Assembly (NCBI GenBank): GCA_963708135.1
Contig: OY970192.1
Location: 4,768,001 to 4,832,000, forward strand
Length of the DNA stretch: 64,000 bases
Source: an uncultured Gemmatimonadales bacterium
GTDB lineage: Bacteria; Gemmatimonadota; Gemmatimonadetes; Longimicrobiales; RSA9
Reading direction: 5' to 3'
Shown here: positions 60,040 to 64,000 of the stretch, one piece after another
How the letters are laid out: the number at the start of each line of letters is the position of its first letter
How positions within the stretch are numbered: position 1 is the stretch's first letter
Translations under genes and position numbers: made by a program
The notes under the pieces: model-generated
The model's input: only the letters and a program-made list of their open reading frames with translations
Told to the model about the DNA's origin: nothing
Databases searched by the model: none

Positions 60040-61365
60040 CACTACTGTCCCGTTAACGGATGTTTCTGATGCTGCAAGTGCCTGAACACCAATGGCTTGC
60101 GCCACGTTCGCAGGTGTCACGGACTTGAGCGCGCGTTCTGCCCGGTCCATCGTGCCGCTTCCCTGCACTCCGGGAGTGGCCGATGTACACCGGACCGACC
60201 GTCTTCGCTCAGCTCATGGCTCACCTGCCGCGGCACACCTTCCGCCGCGCCGTCCGGCGCTACCACGGCGATCGACGGGTGCGCAGCTTCACGTGCTGGC
60301 ACCAGTACCTCTGCATGGCCTTCGCTCAGCTCACCTACCGCGAAAGCCTGCGCGACATTGAAGCATGCTTCCGCGCCGTGCCCGACAAGTTGTACCACAT
60401 GGGCCTCGGCGGCGGTGTGGCCCGAAACACCCTGGCGGTGGCGAACGAGAAGCGCGACTGGCGGATCTACGCCGATTTCGCTCAGCCCCTCATCTCGAGC
60501 GCTTGCCAGCTCTACGTGGACGAACCGATCGGCCTCGAGCTCGACCGGACCGCCTACGCGCTCGATGCCACGACGATCGATCTGGCTCTCTCGCTCTTCC
60601 CTTGGGCGCACTTCCGCACCACGAAGGCGGGCGTCAAGCTGCACACCCTACTGCAGCTGGCCGGCAGCATTCCCTCGTACGCTTGGATTACGGACGCGAA
60701 GACGCACGACGTGCGCATTCTCGACGTGCTCGTGCCCGAACCGGGTGCCATCTACATCATGGACCGCGGCTACATCGACTTCGGACGGCTTCACCGCTTA
60801 CACCGCGCCCGTACGACGTTTATCGTGCGCGCGAAGGCCAACCTCCAGTTCCGCCGGCTCTACTCGCATCCCGTGGACCGGACCACCGCACTCCGCTGCG
60901 ATCAGACGATCCGCCTGACGGTCCAGCGCTCGGCTCAGGCCTACCCGGACAAGCTCCGCCGCATCCGCTCGCGGGATCCCGACACCGGCAACGAGGTCGT
61001 GCTACTGACCAACGATTTCCTCCTCCCGGCGGCCACAGTCGCCGGCCTGTACCGGTGCCGCTGGCAAATCGAGCTCTTCTTCAAGTGGATCAAGCAGCAC
61101 CTGCGGATCAAGCGCTTCTATGGAACGAGCCCCAACGCCGTGCGGACGCAAATCTGGATCGCGATCAGTGTGTACGTGCTCGTCGCAATCGTGAGAAAAC
61201 GGCTGCACATCCAGCGCGACCTCTACACTTTGCTCCAGATCCTGAGCGTCTGTCCGTTCGAGCAAGTCTCGCTCCCACAGGTACTTGCGACACCCGGCTA
61301 CGCTGCCACAGACGCCGATATTCGTAACCAGTTGCAGCTCTTTGACTTATGACGGGACACTACTG
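60040..61365 (+). mobile_element. IS4-family insertion sequence (1326 bp) with 9-bp TSD
   Basis: IRL CACTACTGTCCCGT; IRR (reverse complement) CAGTAGTGTCCCGT. TSD CTTGACTGT at 60031-60039 and 61366-61374. Confidence 0.92.
60183..61352 (+). CDS. IS4-family DDE transposase (DUF4372 N-terminus)
   Basis: ALDATTI, MDRGY, and YREK motif YRCRWQIELFFKWIKQHL. Confidence 0.93.
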   Translation: MYTGPTVFAQLMAHLPRHTFRRAVRRYHGDRRVRSFTCWHQYLCMAFAQLTYRESLRDIEACFRAVPDKLYHMGLGGGVARNTLAVANEKRDWRIYADFAQPLISSACQLYVDEPIGLELDRTAYALDATTIDLALSLFPWAHFRTTKAGVKLHTLLQLAGSIPSYAWITDAKTHDVRILDVLVPEPGAIYIMDRGYIDFGRLHRLHRARTTFIVRAKANLQFRRLYSHPVDRTTALRCDQTIRLTVQRSAQAYPDKLRRIRSRDPDTGNEVVLLTNDFLLPAATVAGLYRCRWQIELFFKWIKQHLRIKRFYGTSPNAVRTQIWIAISVYVLVAIVRKRLHIQRDLYTLLQILSVCPFEQVSLPQVLATPGYAATDADIRNQLQLFDL

Positions 61366-61593
61366 CTTGACTGTGACAACACACTGCTCGACAACGACCG
61401 CGTGCAGGTCGATCTCAAGGAGCAGCTCACGCGCGAGTTCGGGGGCGAAAGCCGGGATCGGTATTGGAGCATCCTCGAGCAGCTGCGGTCCGAGGTGGGA
61501 TACGTGGATTACCTGGGCGCCTTGCAGCGCTACCGGCTCGACGCCCGCAGCGACCCCCGATTGCTGCTGATCTCCTCGTTCCTGGTGGACTAT

Positions 61594-62064
61594 CCCGCCG
61601 TCGACCTGGTGCGGGGGCAGTATGCCGGCTATCGGAGGGAGCCCAACGTCGCCCGGCATTCGGATGTCGAGACGTTCTGCGCCTTGCGACTGTTCATCGA
61701 TTCCTGGCGCTGGGAGGGCGTGCCCTGGTACCTGCGCTCCGGCAAACGGCTACCCGCCACCTTTGCCGAAGTGATCGTGCAATTGAAGCCGCCCCCGCAG
61801 CGGCTCTTCGCCGATTCGACGCCCCCGGCCGGCCGGGCCGACTATCTGCGCTTCCGCCTCTCCCCCAACTCCGCCGTCGCCCTGGCCGCTCGCGTCAAGC
61901 ATGCCGGCAAGGAGTTCGTGGGCGCGTTGCGGGAGCTATACCTCATGGATCATGAGCCGGGAGAGGAGGCGCCCTACGAGCGCCTCCTGACCGACGCCAT
62001 GGCCGGCGATGGAGCGCTCTTCACCCGGGAGGACACGGTCGAGGCCGCCTGGGCGGTGGTCGAT
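61594..62064 (+). pseudogene. zwf: Glucose-6-phosphate dehydrogenase C-terminal fragment fused in frame to the HAD remnant
   Basis: VRGQY.GY...VETF.AL...SWRWEGVPWYLRSGKRL...PYERLL.DAM.GD..LF. Confidence 0.8.
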
Positions 62065-62156
62065 GACCTCGTCGTCGATTGCGACAACGGGTGCGACAAC
62101 CTCTTCCGCGAGCAGGGCTGGGGTGCGGCGCTGCGCGGGCTGGACTCAAGGGGCGC

Positions 62157-63353
62157 TCACTCGACAGGCAGCGCCACCGAGAACGTGCTGCCGTTGCCGA
62201 GCTCGGATTCGGCCCAGATGCGTCCGCGATGGGCCTCCACGATCAGGCGCGCGATGTAGAGCCCGAGCCCCATGCCCTCGACGCGCGAGCCCGGATCGAC
62301 GCGGTAGAAGCGCTGGAACAGCCTGGAGAGGCTTTCCGGCGAAAGGCCGGCCCCGCGGTCTGTCACGGACAGGATGAGCTCGCCCCCGCGCTCGCGGAGC
62401 CGCACCGTGACCGGAGCGTCGGGCGGCGAATACTTGAGCGCGTTGGTGATCAGGTTCATGATCACGCGCTCGAAGCGCTCGTGATCGACAAAGACGCGGA
62501 CCCGGCTGTCGCCGGCCTCGAGGAGGATGCGGGACCGGGAGGCGGGCGCGGGGAGTTGCGCCAGGACGTTCAGGGTCAGCGCCCGCAGGAACGCCGGCTC
62601 CTTGCGGAGCTGCAGCGTCCCCGATTCCAGGCGGGTGGACTCGACCAGGTCATCGATCATGGCGGCCATCTGCTTCGCCGCGTACTCGATTCGCTCCATC
62701 CACAGCGCGGCCCTGCCCGTCGCGTCACTCGCGGGGACCATCCGGAGCAGCTCCGCGTATCCGATGATGCTGGTGAGCGGGGCGCGCAGGTCATGCGCGG
62801 TGAGCGCGATGTAGTCCGAGCGCAGCTCGTCGAGCTGCCGCTTGGCCGTGACCTCGTAGAGTACCAGAATCGCCAGGCTCATCCCGTCGCCCTCACGGTC
62901 CTCGATCGCGCTGCCGTTGAACGAGAACCGGGCCACCTCGCCGCCGGCGCGGAGCAGACGCAGCTCGAGGTCGGCGAAGCGCTCGCCCCGAAGGAGCCGC
63001 TCGAAGGGGTGGTCGCCGGCCGCAAGCGCGGAGCCATCCGGGCATCGCAGGTCGAGCTCCCGGAATCGTGCGGCCAATTCGGCGTCAGTCACAGCGGGCA
63101 GGCCCAGCATCTGGTGGGCCGGCGCATTGGCCATCACGACGGTACCCGTTCCGTCGAGGACGAGAACACCCGCGGCCTGGCTCGTGATCAGGTCGCCGAT
63201 GCGCCGGGAGCGATCGCGCGACTGCTCGGCCAGCTCGAGCTGCCGCAGACCGGCGAGCAGGAGCTGCTCGTTGGCCGCGCGGATCTGATCGCTGAGCATG
63301 AAAGGCTGCTCGGGCTCCTGAGCCTGCGGCTCCACAGGGTCTCTTTCTTTCAT
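62157..63353 (-). CDS. PAS sensor histidine kinase
   Basis: AHDLRAPL, NLITNALKYS, DRGAG, GMGLGL. Confidence 0.9.
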   Translation of the reverse strand: MKERDPVEPQAQEPEQPFMLSDQIRAANEQLLLAGLRQLELAEQSRDRSRRIGDLITSQAAGVLVLDGTGTVVMANAPAHQMLGLPAVTDAELAARFRELDLRCPDGSALAAGDHPFERLLRGERFADLELRLLRAGGEVARFSFNGSAIEDREGDGMSLAILVLYEVTAKRQLDELRSDYIALTAHDLRAPLTSIIGYAELLRMVPASDATGRAALWMERIEYAAKQMAAMIDDLVESTRLESGTLQLRKEPAFLRALTLNVLAQLPAPASRSRILLEAGDSRVRVFVDHERFERVIMNLITNALKYSPPDAPVTVRLRERGGELILSVTDRGAGLSPESLSRLFQRFYRVDPGSRVEGMGLGLYIARLIVEAHRGRIWAESELGNGSTFSVALPVE

Positions 63354-63421
63354 CGCTCCCGCGCTCCTTTCCCCTTGCGTAGGTCGAATCGACTGCACCG
63401 GTAACCGGCTGCCGGGCACGG

Positions 63422-64000
63422 CTATGGCTCCTGCGTCGCGTCGCCCGGTTGCGCCTGGTAGTGGTACGTCGGCTCGCCGGCTTCGATGGTCTCGTCGAGG
63501 AAACCCAGGGTGACCAGGTGCTTCAGGATCGGGAGCAGCTTCGCCCGGACGATGCCGGTCTCCCGCTCGAGGGTCTCCGCGGTGGCGTCGCGCAGCTCCA
63601 TGAGCGACTGCAGCACCGCGCTCTCGGGGCCGGTCAGCCCCAGGAACGCCGGAGAGGCCACGGCGCCACGCTGGACCGGCACGCCGGTGACGATCCCGTC
63701 ATAGCCGCGCAGCACGCCATCCATGACCAGTCCTCCGGGCGTGATCTGGTAGAGGCGAAGCGCGCGGCTGTGCCCGCTGCGCCGCATCTTCACGACGCCG
63801 ATCACGCTCTGGATGTGCCCGTTCAGCTCGACGAAGCGCTGCATAACGATGTCGTCGGTGAGGAACGAGACGGCGTGCGCGGTGAAGCGCGGGGGCGCGA
63901 ACGCCTCGGCCACCTCGGCGGTCATGACCACCGTGACCCCGAGACCGGTGAGTGTCGCGATCATGCGGTAGAGCGATTGGCGCATCTCGCCACTTTCCGT
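63422..64000 (-). CDS. KaiC/RAD55-like ATPase, C-terminal part with wHTH tail (5'-truncated)
   Basis: GVTVVMT, VSFLTDDIV, VVKMRRSGHS; C-terminal ATAETLERETG...LVTLGFL. Confidence 0.75.
   Translation of the reverse strand, partial: TESGEMRQSLYRMIATLTGLGVTVVMTAEVAEAFAPPRFTAHAVSFLTDDIVMQRFVELNGHIQSVIGVVKMRRSGHSRALRLYQITPGGLVMDGVLRGYDGIVTGVPVQRGAVASPAFLGLTGPESAVLQSLMELRDATAETLERETGIVRAKLLPILKHLVTLGFLDETIEAGEPTYHYQAQPGDATQEP

Larger units (their letters stand above)
60001..61596 (+). pseudogene. HAD-family hydrolase interrupted by the IS and truncated
   Basis: Removing the IS restores MTPSDDVVFLLDC|DNTLLDNDRV..., HAD motif I DxDxT. Confidence 0.8.

Noticed and set aside
1..64000. tRNA/rRNA genes
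   Set aside because: None recognised by eye; tRNAscan-SE or Infernal would be needed to exclude them.

Overview
High-GC bacterial window; the gene content suggests Gemmatimonadota or a similar lineage (inference). Positions 1-11.6 kb look like the right end of an integrated island. It carries a translationally coupled operon: a large unknown protein, an unknown protein, a NurA-like protein lacking its catalytic Asp residues, an intact HerA ATPase, a small PD-(D/E)XK-like protein and a non-RD Ser/Thr kinase-TPR. Facing this operon is a dynamin/GBP-like GTPase whose leader hairpin can occlude its ribosome-binding site. The island ends at an orphan 3' fragment of queG. The rest of the window holds secreted Ig-like lipoproteins, a flap endonuclease, cyclic beta-1,2-glucan synthase, a multicopper oxidase cluster and three tandem kinase/beta-propeller paralogues (one with an in-frame TAG). 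It also has a four-helix-bundle gene enclosed by inverted 14-bp repeat arrays, pepT with a POT transporter, DsbA-NhaA, OmpA, two-component genes, an IS4-family element with a 9-bp TSD inside a HAD gene, and many deletion-fused gene remnants. All product calls come from motif recognition by eye; no database searches were run.
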